Source of the DNA: Alphaproteobacteria bacterium
GTDB taxonomy: Bacteria > Pseudomonadota > Alphaproteobacteria > UBA2136 > UBA6156
Assembly: GCA_027485835.1 (NCBI GenBank)
Contig: JAIXQG010000001.1
Span: forward strand, 69,902 to 133,901
DNA: 64,000 nt
Direction: 5' to 3'
Positions 1-8,901 of the stretch are shown in pieces. The notes below the pieces were generated by a model. The model ran no database searches, had not been told where the DNA came from, and was given only the letters and a program-made list of their open reading frames with translations. The translations under genes were made by a program, and so were the position numbers. Positions within the stretch are counted from its first letter, which is position 1, and every line of letters begins with the position of its first letter.

Positions 1-54
1 AACAAGTGCAATGAGTAGGGCGATAATGAGGAGAAGCTGACGGCTGATAGGCAT
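1..54 (-). CDS. Partial CDS (N-terminus only) running off the window edge; membrane-anchored, possibly a sensor or chemoreceptor
   Basis: ATG at 54 reads MPISRQLLLIIALLIALV, like the MCP start (ISRKLLILLLLG) at 3618. Confidence 0.5.
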   Translation of the reverse strand, partial: MPISRQLLLIIALLIALV

Positions 55-87
55 GGGGCACCTGTTGGATAGACTAATACGGAATAG

Positions 88-117
88 AAAAGGCGGGGCC
101 TGCAGGGCAGGCCCCCG
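88..117 (-). terminator. Rho-independent terminator after the 127..681 gene
   Basis: GGGGCCTGC/GCAGGCCCC stem followed by a short T run on the minus strand. Confidence 0.6.
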
Positions 118-126
118 TGGGTGGCT

Positions 127-681
127 TTATTCGGCGCTGACCTTAACGGTGAAGGTACCGATAGCGGTGGTGCCATCGGCGATGGTGCCGTTAACCTCTG
201 CTACGAAAGCTTGAGCGGATTCATCGAATTCCGGAGCTTCTGAGCTGGTGGCGCCTACGTTCGGGAATACTTTGGTGAACTTGGCTTCATCGCCTTGCCA
301 GTAGTCGGACGTGATACCGGTTTGGCCGGCGTTGAGACCCTTGTTATCCATTACGAAAATTTCAACGTACTTACCGCCGCTGGCAGCTTGAATCTTCTTC
401 AGTTCGGCAGATACGGCGTTGTTCAGAACGGAGTTGATCAGCGGCTTGTCGGCAGCGCTGGTTTGAGCCTTCCAGTCGCCATCCATTTTTGTAATAGCAG
501 AGGCGTCGAGGGAGGCGTGCTTGGTGTTTTGGGCCTTAATGGCGGCAATGATGGCCGGGCTGATTTTGGCCTTCATGTCGGCAGCGACTTCTTTTTCTAC
601 CGAAGCCATGTCTACTGCAAACGAAGCAGCAGGAAGCACGGCCAGAGCGGTCAACGCCAGGGAAAGGGGACGGAGTTTCAT
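127..681 (-). CDS. Secreted stand-alone PDC/Cache-like sensor-domain protein
   Basis: Signal peptide; motif EIFVMDNKGLN..Q...TSDYWQGDEAKF and EFDESAQ typical of this periplasmic family. Confidence 0.7.
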   Translation of the reverse strand: MKLRPLSLALTALAVLPAASFAVDMASVEKEVAADMKAKISPAIIAAIKAQNTKHASLDASAITKMDGDWKAQTSAADKPLINSVLNNAVSAELKKIQAASGGKYVEIFVMDNKGLNAGQTGITSDYWQGDEAKFTKVFPNVGATSSEAPEFDESAQAFVAEVNGTIADGTTAIGTFTVKVSAE

Positions 682-910
682 CGAGGGATCTTTCTGTTAT
701 TGTTTTGCAGATGTTCGGGCCAGAAAGGGGAGATGTCAATTCCCCGATTTTTGAATTTGCCCTCTATCCAATTGGTTTCTTTTGTAGTCGTAATGGTATG
801 ATAAATTAAGTATTTGATTATGATGTTTGTGATGCGGTTTTTGTAGCAGGTTTGGGTGCGTTAACACACATGGTAGTGTTGGTTTTGGGCCACGCGGTAC
901 GACGAATGCA

Positions 911-936
911 CAAAAAAGGCCCTCAGGCCTTTTTTG
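911..936. terminator. Bidirectional terminator
   Basis: CAAAAAAGGCC-CTCA-GGCCTTTTTTG. Confidence 0.75.
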
Positions 937-959
937 CGGAGACAGTTCAGTAAGGTTTT

Positions 960-1706
960 TTAGAACGCTTTGGTGAGTGTCACTACGGCACGGCTCTCGC
1001 AGCCATCGGTGCATTCGCTCTTTTTCAGAGAGGTGTCGATGTAGTCGGCAGAGACGGTAAAGTTGGCCGGAAGCTGGTAGCTTGCACCCAGTTTGTAGTT
1101 GGTCCAGTTGGGGTAGCCGTAAGCTGCATTGTCGTCGATATCCTGACGGCCTACGCTACCGTAGACGGAGAGGCCTTCCACAAACGGTACCGGTGCGGTC
1201 AGGCCAAGTTCGCCGTAGAGGGCTTCTCCGGTTTTACCCGAGTATTCCGGCGAATAGGCGAGGGTGGCTTTGGCGGCAAGGTAGCCGAAATCGTACTGCA
1301 GCCAGCTAATACCTTCGAAATAGTTGTAGTTATAGCTGTCTTCTGCACCCGGGTAGGAGTAGTACCAGATGGAGATGTCGCCGGTCAGGTTGTCGGAGAA
1401 AGCGTGGCTATAGCCGATGGCGCCGTCCAGCTCCATGCTGGCATCGCTGTCGTTGTTAAAATCGACCGGAGCGGCAAAGGCATCCAAGTGCAGGCCGCTG
1501 GAATGTGTCCAGGCAAGTGCGCCAAGGATTGTCGGTTTTTCGTCGTTCTGGGTGATGCCGCGGAAGGTGTAGTCGGTTGTGAGGGCAACGCTGCCGGTCA
1601 CTTCGCCGCCTGCAATTGTGTTGGCGGAGGATGCTTCCTCTGCCATAGCAGGGGCAACACTTAAGGCCGAAGCGAGAAGCGCGAGGGTGGGGAGGAGGAG
1701 TTTCAT
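960..1706 (-). CDS. TorF-family (Gcw_chp/TIGR02001-like) putative porin
   Basis: Start at MKLLLPTL; signal peptide, TTDYTFRGITQ motif, C-terminal Phe. Confidence 0.85.
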   Translation of the reverse strand: MKLLLPTLALLASALSVAPAMAEEASSANTIAGGEVTGSVALTTDYTFRGITQNDEKPTILGALAWTHSSGLHLDAFAAPVDFNNDSDASMELDGAIGYSHAFSDNLTGDISIWYYSYPGAEDSYNYNYFEGISWLQYDFGYLAAKATLAYSPEYSGKTGEALYGELGLTAPVPFVEGLSVYGSVGRQDIDDNAAYGYPNWTNYKLGASYQLPANFTVSADYIDTSLKKSECTDGCESRAVVTLTKAF

Positions 1707-1740
1707 GGGGGATGTCCTTCGTTTATAGGGGTTATTGTAT

Positions 1741-3618
1741 TTAGGAACCTTTGGCGATGTGGTCGACCAGCTCTTCCGCGCGCTGGCGAATGTGCTGGAC
1801 GCTGCCGCTGATGGAACGGATGGAGGCGGATTGTTCTTCAATCGCGGCGGCAACCGTGTTGCTGGCGTTGTCGACGTGTTTGATTGTTTCCACAATGCTT
1901 TGAATGATCCCGACCGAGCCATCTACAGCCGATTGCATGTCGCGGACCTGAGTCGCGATTTCGTCGCTTGCCGAGCTGGTGCGTTCCGAGAGTTTTTTCA
2001 CCTCTTGCGCGACCACAGAGAATCCGCGGCCTGCGTCGCCGGCACGGGCAGCTTCAATACTCGCGTTAAGCGCCAGCAGATTGATGTTTTCGGCAACGTC
2101 GTTGATCATCACCGTTACCTGACTGATGTGTTGGGACGATGTTTTGAGGAATTCCACATTGTTGTGAAGCTCGGCGGATTGTTTAACCGCTGTACGGATA
2201 ACGTCCTGCACGCCGACCATTTGCTGGTTAACTTCTTCGATCGCGATCTGCATTTCCTTACTGGAGTTAGCGACTTCGTTAAAGTTAGGTTCTTGCGAGC
2301 CCGAGACATATTGCTGGGAATTGCCACCGACAACCTTACCAAAACGGTCTGCCAACGAGCGTAGGGAGTCTTTACGCTGTGTTTCCATGGCTTCGCGCTC
2401 TTGGCGTACCTGCTCTTGTTCCTGCTTAAAGATATTCTGGCTTTGGCTGCTGGCGCGGTAAGACTCGACTGCCTTGCTGAGAGCGCCCACATCGTCCTGA
2501 CGGGTGGTGCCTTTGACAGTGATATCATATTCGCCGTTGTTAATTTTACGGATGCACTCGTTAAGGTGACTCAGCGGTTTACGGAGCATGCTCTCCATAA
2601 AGGCGTAAACCAGCACTGCAAGAATGGCCATACCGATAAGGCCAAATAGAATGAGCTTATTCAAGATAGACGATACGGTGGCATAGACCGTGCTTTCCGG
2701 AATCTGTACCACAACAAACCATTGCTGTTTGGCGTCACCGATCGAGAGAGGTTTGACGGAGGTGAGGAAGCGACCGTCGGTAAGCTCTACGGTTTGCTGT
2801 TGGGTCTGTTTACTCGATGCCGCTTGAGCCACCATGTCGGCAATTTGGGGCATGGTGTCGGAAATCGGTTTATTAAGTTCATCCGTGCGCGGAGCGACGA
2901 CCCATACGCCTTTTTCGCTTAGAATACCCATGCGGCCGGTTTCCATCGGTTTTACATTTTCAAATACTTTTTGAAGGTTGCTCAGTTCAAAATCTGCGCT
3001 TGAAACGCCGAGGAATTTGCCATTTTCAATCATAGGAATGGCAACTGTCGTCATCAGTACCTGACGGTTTTCTACCGGGTAATAATAAGGTTCAACAATA
3101 TTCATTTGTTGGTTTTGTTTCGGTAGCAAATAGTAGTCTCCGGTAGATAGGTTTTCGGCAACGCCACCTTTTTCAACGCTATAGCCACCATTTGGTGTTT
3201 TGTAAGCATAGGGAACAAAACCACCTGTTTTTTTGTTTCCATAAATTTCCGCGTATTCTTTGTCTTTGCCGTCGTAAGTGTTGGGATCCCACTCCATATA
3301 AAGCCCAAATACATCTGGCTTCTCCTTTAAGAGATTTAGAAGCACGTGTTCTACAGCTTCTCTGTTAAGTACGCCTTTTTCCCTGAGAGACATGACCGTA
3401 TTACGAGCTGTAACCGCTAATTCGACAGCATGGTTAAGTTGGGACGTGGCTTTCAGTGCTATGGTTTCGGAAATCTCTATCTGGTATGCGTCAACTTGTT
3501 CTCTGACAGAGTTGTTTACGATGGAATAGATGAGTCCACCTAGGGCACTAATAATTGTGCCTGTGCCAAGCAGAAGCAGGATGAGGAGCTTGCGGCTGAT
3601 ATCCAGTTTGTGAAGCAT
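1741..3618 (-). CDS. Methyl-accepting chemotaxis protein (dCache, HAMP, signalling domain)
   Basis: Two TM helices, dCache-like YY..PK / EPYYY, signalling motif INLLALNASIEAARAGDAGRGFSVVAQEVKKL. Confidence 0.92.
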   Translation of the reverse strand: MLHKLDISRKLLILLLLGTGTIISALGGLIYSIVNNSVREQVDAYQIEISETIALKATSQLNHAVELAVTARNTVMSLREKGVLNREAVEHVLLNLLKEKPDVFGLYMEWDPNTYDGKDKEYAEIYGNKKTGGFVPYAYKTPNGGYSVEKGGVAENLSTGDYYLLPKQNQQMNIVEPYYYPVENRQVLMTTVAIPMIENGKFLGVSSADFELSNLQKVFENVKPMETGRMGILSEKGVWVVAPRTDELNKPISDTMPQIADMVAQAASSKQTQQQTVELTDGRFLTSVKPLSIGDAKQQWFVVVQIPESTVYATVSSILNKLILFGLIGMAILAVLVYAFMESMLRKPLSHLNECIRKINNGEYDITVKGTTRQDDVGALSKAVESYRASSQSQNIFKQEQEQVRQEREAMETQRKDSLRSLADRFGKVVGGNSQQYVSGSQEPNFNEVANSSKEMQIAIEEVNQQMVGVQDVIRTAVKQSAELHNNVEFLKTSSQHISQVTVMINDVAENINLLALNASIEAARAGDAGRGFSVVAQEVKKLSERTSSASDEIATQVRDMQSAVDGSVGIIQSIVETIKHVDNASNTVAAAIEEQSASIRSISGSVQHIRQRAEELVDHIAKGS

Positions 3619-3763
3619 GATTACTTCTTTTTATTATTAATATTGGCCTAATAGATAATGCTTCGGTTGGTTTGGGCAAGAGTAAAACGATGAGTTACGA
3701 ATCTATGATTATGTGATGTGTTTTTCTCGTAACAACGTTGTGTTGCAGTAAATATTAAAATGC

Positions 3764-3788
3764 AAAAAGAGGCCCGAAGGCCTCTTTT
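3764..3788. terminator. Terminator after tuf
   Basis: AAAAAGAGGC-CCGAAG-GCCTCTTTT. Confidence 0.75.
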
Positions 3789-3804
3789 CGTGCGTTCATC
3801 AAAG

Positions 3805-4977
3805 TTACTTGATGATGGTAGCAACCACGCCAGCACCAACGGTACGGCCGCCTTCGCGAACAGCGAAGCGAACACCTTGGTCCATAGCGATCGGAGCGAT
3901 CAGCTCAACTTCCATGGCGATGTTGTCGCCCGGCATAACCATTTCAACGCCATCCGGCAGCTTGATGGAGCCGGTAACGTCGGTGGTGCGGAAGTAGAAC
4001 TGCGGGCGGTAGCCGGAGAAGAACGGGGTGTGACGGCCGCCTTCTTCTTTGCTCAGCACGTAAACTTCAGACTTGAAGTTGGTGTGCGGAGTGATGGAGC
4101 CCGGCTTGGCCAGAACTTGACCACGCTCAACGTCTTCACGCTTGATACCGCGCAGCAGCAGACCAACGTTGTCGCCAGCTTGACCTTGGTCGAGCAGCTT
4201 GCGGAACATTTCCACGCCGGTGCAGGCGGTTTTGGCGGTGGGACGGAGACCGACGATTTCGATTTCTTCACCTACCTTGATGATACCGCGTTCGATACGG
4301 CCGGTTACAACAGTACCGCGACCGGTAATGGTGAACACGTCTTCTACCGGCATCAGGAACGGCTTGTCGAGTTCGCGCTCGGCTTGCGGGATCCAGGTGT
4401 CTACAGCTTCCATCAGGCTCTTGATGGCTACGCCACCCAGCTTGTCGTCGGCAGATTCGATAGCCTTCAGAGCGGAACCGTGGATGATCGGGGTGTTGTC
4501 GCCGTCGAAGTCGTACTTGGACAGGAGTTCACGGATTTCCATTTCAACCAGCTCGAGCAGGTCCGGGTCGGCGATGTCGCACTTGTTCAGGAAGACAACC
4601 AGCTTCGGAACGCCAACTTGGCGGGCCAGCAGGATGTGCTCGCGGGTTTGCGGCATCGGGCCGTCGGTAGCAGCTACCACGAGGATAGCGCCGTCCATCT
4701 GAGCGGCACCGGTAATCATGTTCTTCACGTAGTCGGCGTGGCCCGGGCAGTCAACGTGGGCGTAGTGACGGTTCGGGGTTTCGTACTCAACGTGAGCGGT
4801 GTTAATGGTAATACCGCGGGCTTTTTCTTCCGGAGCAGCGTCGATTTGGTCGTACGCGCGGAATTCGCCGAAATATTTGGTAATGGCCGCAGTCAGCGTG
4901 GTTTTACCGTGGTCAACGTGACCAATGGTACCAATGTTGCAGTGCGGCTTGGTGCGTTGGAAAGATTGCTTTGCCAT
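3805..4977 (-). CDS. tuf: Elongation factor Tu
   Basis: [57 protein letters not shown]. Confidence 0.99.
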   Translation of the reverse strand: MAKQSFQRTKPHCNIGTIGHVDHGKTTLTAAITKYFGEFRAYDQIDAAPEEKARGITINTAHVEYETPNRHYAHVDCPGHADYVKNMITGAAQMDGAILVVAATDGPMPQTREHILLARQVGVPKLVVFLNKCDIADPDLLELVEMEIRELLSKYDFDGDNTPIIHGSALKAIESADDKLGGVAIKSLMEAVDTWIPQAERELDKPFLMPVEDVFTITGRGTVVTGRIERGIIKVGEEIEIVGLRPTAKTACTGVEMFRKLLDQGQAGDNVGLLLRGIKREDVERGQVLAKPGSITPHTNFKSEVYVLSKEEGGRHTPFFSGYRPQFYFRTTDVTGSIKLPDGVEMVMPGDNIAMEVELIAPIAMDQGVRFAVREGGRTVGAGVVATIIK

Positions 4978-5100
4978 TTCGCTAGCCCTTACTTTGTTTA
5001 GGTTTTCATGTGTGCCACGCATGATGAGCCTCTCGCTGCGGCACGCGACTTGTAACATATCTCCGCACAAATGCAATAGGCATGGACTTATTTTGGCGTG

Positions 5101-5226
5101 GGCTAAAACGCTCCTCCAGCACGTTTTGGCGGGTCTGAAATACGTCTTTTTGTATTCGGCGCCCCGCCAAAACGCACCAGGATGAACGTTCTAGCCTCGC
5201 GCGCAGGGGCAACGTCGCTGCGCGCC
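5101..5226. repeat. Imperfect foldback (about 96 nt) plus a second hairpin between the ALDH gene and tuf
   Basis: Perfect 12-bp IR CGTTTTGGCGGG (5122-5133)/CCCGCCAAAACG (5163-5174), extended by GGCTA/TAGCC; GCGCGCAG/CTGCGCGC at 5199-5226. Confidence 0.55.
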
Positions 5227-5242
5227 GTATGCTTTGCTTAGG

Positions 5243-6664
5243 TTAAGGGCGGCTTATAGTTTTTATTTCGAGGTATTCTTCGAAGCCGTGGGGGCCTTTT
5301 TCGCGGCCGTTGCCGGATTGTTTATAGCCGCCGAAGGGCAGGGACGGATGCGGTTTTGCGCCGTTGATGTTCAAGGTGCCGGTGCGGATGCGGCGGGCGA
5401 CGCGTTCGCAGCGCTCTAAGCTCCCTGAAATGTAGCCGGAGAGGCCATATTTGGAGGCGTTGGCGAGTTCGATAGCGTGGTCTTCGTCTTTATAGGGAAT
5501 AATCACGAGGACGGGGCCGAAGATTTCTTCTTGTCCGATGGTGCTGGCGTTGCTCACGTTGGTGAAGATGGTCGGTTTGACGAAGTAGCCGGTGGCGAGG
5601 CCTTCCGGTTTGCCCAAACCGCCGGTGAGGAGGGTGGCGCCTTCGTCTATCCCCTTTTGGAGCAGGGCTTGAATGCGGTCGTATTGGATTTTCGAGACGA
5701 CGGGGCCGAGGTCGGTGTTTTCGCGGGTCGGGTCGCCTTGCTTATAGGATTCGGCGGCTTTTTTGGCGAGCTGGTTGGCTTCTTCCAAGCGGCTTTGCGG
5801 CACCAGCAGGCGGGTGGCGGCGCTGCAGGATTGGCCGCAGTTGACGAAGCATTGGCTGACGGCGCGGGGAATGGCTTCTGCAAAATCGGCGTCATCCAGC
5901 ATGATATTGGCGGATTTGCCGCCGAGCTCTTGCGTAACCCGCTTGATGGTGGGGGCGGCGGCTTGGGCGACGGCAATGCCTGCGCGGGTGGAACCAGTGA
6001 TGCTGACCATATCCACCAATGGATGCGAGGCGAGGGTGGCGCCGATGACTTCTCCGGTGCCGTTTACCAGATTAAATACCCCTGCGGGGAGGCCGGCTTC
6101 TTCAATGATTTCGGCAATAATCAGCGCGGTGAGGGGAGAGAATTCGGATGGCTTGAGCACCATGGTGCAACCGGTGGCGAGGGCGGGCGCGACTTTGAGG
6201 ACGACTTGGTTGGCGGGCCAGTTCCAGGGGGTGATGAGGGCGCAGACACCGACGGGCTCCTTCACCACCGTACCGTTAGCCATGGGGTGTTCGAACTCGA
6301 AATTGGCGAGAACATCCCGCGCGATTTGGAAGTGTTTGAGGCCGATTTCGGTTTGGCCGGAGCGGGAGAAGCTGATGGGGGAGCCCATTTCTTGCGTGAT
6401 GGCGGCGGCAATTTCGTCGAAGCGGCGTTTGTAGATTGCGATGATGTTGTCGAGGTAGGCGAGGCGTTCTTCCCGTGAAGTTTGGCTGTAGGCGGGGAAG
6501 GCGGCGGCAGCGGCTTCAATGGCGCGTTCGGCATCGGCTTTGCCGCCCATGGCGAGCTGGCCGAAGGGTTGCTCGGTTGCCGGATTGATGAGGGTGTGCG
6601 GCGTTTGCGGTTGGGTGGGGGCGACCCATTGGCCATTAATGAAGAATTTATCGAGCTTAGGCAT
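5243..6664 (-). CDS. NAD(P)-dependent aldehyde dehydrogenase
   Basis: ITPWNWP, TGST, QELGGKS, catalytic Cys in NCGQSC, EEIFGPV, PFGGYKQSG. Confidence 0.95.
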   Translation of the reverse strand: MPKLDKFFINGQWVAPTQPQTPHTLINPATEQPFGQLAMGGKADAERAIEAAAAAFPAYSQTSREERLAYLDNIIAIYKRRFDEIAAAITQEMGSPISFSRSGQTEIGLKHFQIARDVLANFEFEHPMANGTVVKEPVGVCALITPWNWPANQVVLKVAPALATGCTMVLKPSEFSPLTALIIAEIIEEAGLPAGVFNLVNGTGEVIGATLASHPLVDMVSITGSTRAGIAVAQAAAPTIKRVTQELGGKSANIMLDDADFAEAIPRAVSQCFVNCGQSCSAATRLLVPQSRLEEANQLAKKAAESYKQGDPTRENTDLGPVVSKIQYDRIQALLQKGIDEGATLLTGGLGKPEGLATGYFVKPTIFTNVSNASTIGQEEIFGPVLVIIPYKDEDHAIELANASKYGLSGYISGSLERCERVARRIRTGTLNINGAKPHPSLPFGGYKQSGNGREKGPHGFEEYLEIKTISRP

Positions 6665-6706
6665 GTGTAGACCCCTTGTTTTTGGACATCTGGATGGGGG
6701 AAGAGA

Positions 6707-6780
6707 TGGAGCGGGTAGACGGGATCGAACCGACATGGCTAGCTTGGAAGGCTAGAACTTTACCATTAAGCTATACCCGC
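6707..6780 (-). tRNA. tRNA-Gly(TCC)
   Basis: GCGGGTATAGCTTAATGGTAAAG...CTAGC CTTCCAA GCTAG...GGTTCGATCCC...TACCCGCTCCA. Confidence 0.95.
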
Positions 6781-6831
6781 GCCGAGATGGGTTTTAGCAA
6801 AGTGTGACGCCTCTGGCTAGATAGGATTATT

Positions 6832-6856
6832 AAAAAAGCCCCGAAGAAGGGGCTTT
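6832..6856. terminator. Terminator after the histone-like gene
   Basis: AAAAAAGCCCC-GAAGAA-GGGGCTTT. Confidence 0.7.
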
Positions 6857-6872
6857 AGTAGGATTCGTTTGC

Positions 6873-7256
6873 TTAGTCGAACAGCAGAACGAGGCCGACG
6901 AAGGCAGCGATGATGCTGACCAAAACGATGGCTGGGTTGGCTTGGGCGTAGGTAATCGCTTCATCCAACCACTGGGGTGTGGGGGCGTTGGCGCGTTTTG
7001 CGGAGGGTACGCTGTGCAGTTGTGGTGCGGGACGGGCTTCGGCGACGATTTTCGCTGTTGGCTTGGCAGCAGGTTTAGCAACCGGCTTGGCGACACCTTT
7101 GGTGGCCGTGGTTTTTGCGGCGGGCTTGGCGGCCGGTTTTGCTACCGCTTTGGCAACAGGCTTAGCAGCCGGTTTAGCTGCGGCCTTAGGGGTGGCTTTA
7201 GCCGGAGCTGCCTTGGCGGCCGGCTTTTTGGCGGGTTTGGACGGAGCTTTGGCCAT
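6873..7256 (-). CDS. Lys/Ala/Pro-repeat (histone H1/AlgP-like) protein with a C-terminal transmembrane anchor
   Basis: MAKAPSKPAKKPAAK... with many KPAA/KPVA repeats, then YAQANPAIVLVSIIAAFVGLVLLFD. Confidence 0.75.
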   Translation of the reverse strand: MAKAPSKPAKKPAAKAAPAKATPKAAAKPAAKPVAKAVAKPAAKPAAKTTATKGVAKPVAKPAAKPTAKIVAEARPAPQLHSVPSAKRANAPTPQWLDEAITYAQANPAIVLVSIIAAFVGLVLLFD

Positions 7257-7390
7257 GGGGAGGGCTTTCGTTGTTGTGTTTTTGTGGGCTCTTATTCGTT
7301 GAAGGTTAACGGCTTTAAGGCGTGTGCGCAAGTTTGTTTGTGAACAACGCTTGACAAGGTGAGGCCGTAAGGCTACAGAAGCCCTCGTGT

Positions 7391-7467
<77 letters not shown>

Positions 7468-7478
7468 AAGAATTGATT

Positions 7479-7503
7479 AAGCCGCCTTTTGGGCGGCTTT
7501 TTT
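7479..7503. terminator. Terminator after tRNA-fMet
   Basis: AAGCCGCCT-TTT-GGGCGGCTTTTTT. Confidence 0.75.
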
Positions 7504-7524
7504 GTTGAGTCGTGTTTTGGAGCG

Positions 7525-7806
7525 TTAGAAGGGTTTTGCGATGTTGGCTTCTGATACCGGCACGTTGTGTGTGGCGACGATGTGGCGCAGGTGGGCGTGG
7601 AGGTCTTGAATCGATGTGACTCCGGCGCGGGCGTTGGCCATGGCGGTGTAGCCGTTGGTTTTGTCGAGCCCTAGTCCGAGCGAGAGAACACCCATATTGA
7701 AGGCGAGTTGTACCTTGCGTTCTTCGGTCAGGTCGTTCCAGTGGGCGACGCGGGTGAAGCGGAGCACTTGCTCGCACGCGTGGGTGGTGAGGTCTGTGGT
7801 GTTCAT
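7525..7806 (-). CDS. Hypothetical protein (93 aa)
   Basis: AGGAG RBS before MNTTDL; ends just before the terminator. Confidence 0.7.
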   Translation of the reverse strand: MNTTDLTTHACEQVLRFTRVAHWNDLTEERKVQLAFNMGVLSLGLGLDKTNGYTAMANARAGVTSIQDLHAHLRHIVATHNVPVSEANIAKPF

Positions 7807-7923
7807 TATTCTACTCCTGAAGTGTGTTGATTTTGAAAGGTCTGGTCGCATTTGCCTTGAGACGGCTTGGCGTGGATGTTACAACGTCTGCCATTGACCG
7901 TAATCAAGAACAAGGTTGTTTGC

Positions 7924-8886
7924 ATGGATTTTTTGATGATTTTGGCAGGGTTGGTTCTGCTGTTTTTTGGCGGTGAAGCTTTGCTGCGCGGTGCGGTTGC
8001 ATTGGCTGAGCGTTTTGGGCTTTCGAAATTTTTAGTGAGTGCCGTTATTGTTGGGTTTGGAACTTCTATGCCGGAATTAGTGGTTTCGGTTGGGGCGGCG
8101 TTAAAGGGCGCGCCGGATATTGCGCTGGGTAATATTGTTGGTAGCAATATTGCCAATATTTTGCTGATTGTGGGTTTTGCTGCCGTGCTGTGCCCGATGT
8201 TGGTGGCTGTGAAAGACGTGAAGCGTGATGTTTACCTGATGATTGGCGCTAGTGTGTTGTTATGCGTCACGACGTTTGTGGGGGTTTTGAATTTTTGGAT
8301 TGGTATATTGATGATGATGGCTTTGCTGGCTAATGTGGCGTGGGCTTACCACTTAGACCGGAGCACGGCTAAAAAGGCCCTTAAAGTGCGTAAAGAAGCT
8401 GGCCATGCCGAGCCCGAAGTGCACCATGACATGCACCCCGCCCTAGCTGCCTTATATTGCGCAGGGGGATTGGCCTTGCTGGCATTGGGGGCTGACTGGT
8501 TGGTGGATGGTGCGAGTAATGTGGCACGTGGGTTTGGTATTGCCGATGCGGTTATCGGGTTGACGGTTGTGGCGGTGGGAACCTCTCTGCCCGAGCTGGC
8601 AACCGCTGTGGTAGCGGCTTACCGCAAGCACGGCGAGATGATTGTGGGAAATATTGTGGGGAGCAATATTTTCAATATCCTTTCCATTTTGGGTATCACC
8701 GCGATGATTACGCCGATACCGTTTGTGGGCCAGATTGCCCGTGTGGACGTGTGGCTGATGCTGATGGTGGCGCTTGCTTATGGCGGCCTTTTACTGGCGG
8801 GTGCCAAGGTAGGCCGTGTGGCCGGTGTGGTGATGCTAGTGGCTTATGCGGTTTACAACGTGTGGCTGTATGTGGGTGCGGCGTAG
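7924..8886 (+). CDS. yrbG: Calcium/sodium antiporter (YrbG/CaCA family)
   Basis: Duplicated alpha repeats GTSMPEL...GNIVGSNI and GTSLPEL...GNIVGSNIFN. Confidence 0.93.
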   Translation: MDFLMILAGLVLLFFGGEALLRGAVALAERFGLSKFLVSAVIVGFGTSMPELVVSVGAALKGAPDIALGNIVGSNIANILLIVGFAAVLCPMLVAVKDVKRDVYLMIGASVLLCVTTFVGVLNFWIGILMMMALLANVAWAYHLDRSTAKKALKVRKEAGHAEPEVHHDMHPALAALYCAGGLALLALGADWLVDGASNVARGFGIADAVIGLTVVAVGTSLPELATAVVAAYRKHGEMIVGNIVGSNIFNILSILGITAMITPIPFVGQIARVDVWLMLMVALAYGGLLLAGAKVGRVAGVVMLVAYAVYNVWLYVGAA

Positions 8887-8901
8887 CGCGGTCTAATAAA
8901 G

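Noticed and set aside
3760..5001. 413-aa + strand ORF antisense to tuf (similar shadows occur over ALDH, pepA, pyrG and ntrX)
   Set aside because: Reverse-frame shadow of a strongly codon-biased gene; no recognisable domain.
7306..7318. TTAACGGCTTTAA (and TTAACGGTCTTAA at 33724-33736) as CtrA boxes
   Set aside because: Spacing is N5, not N7; two instances could be chance.
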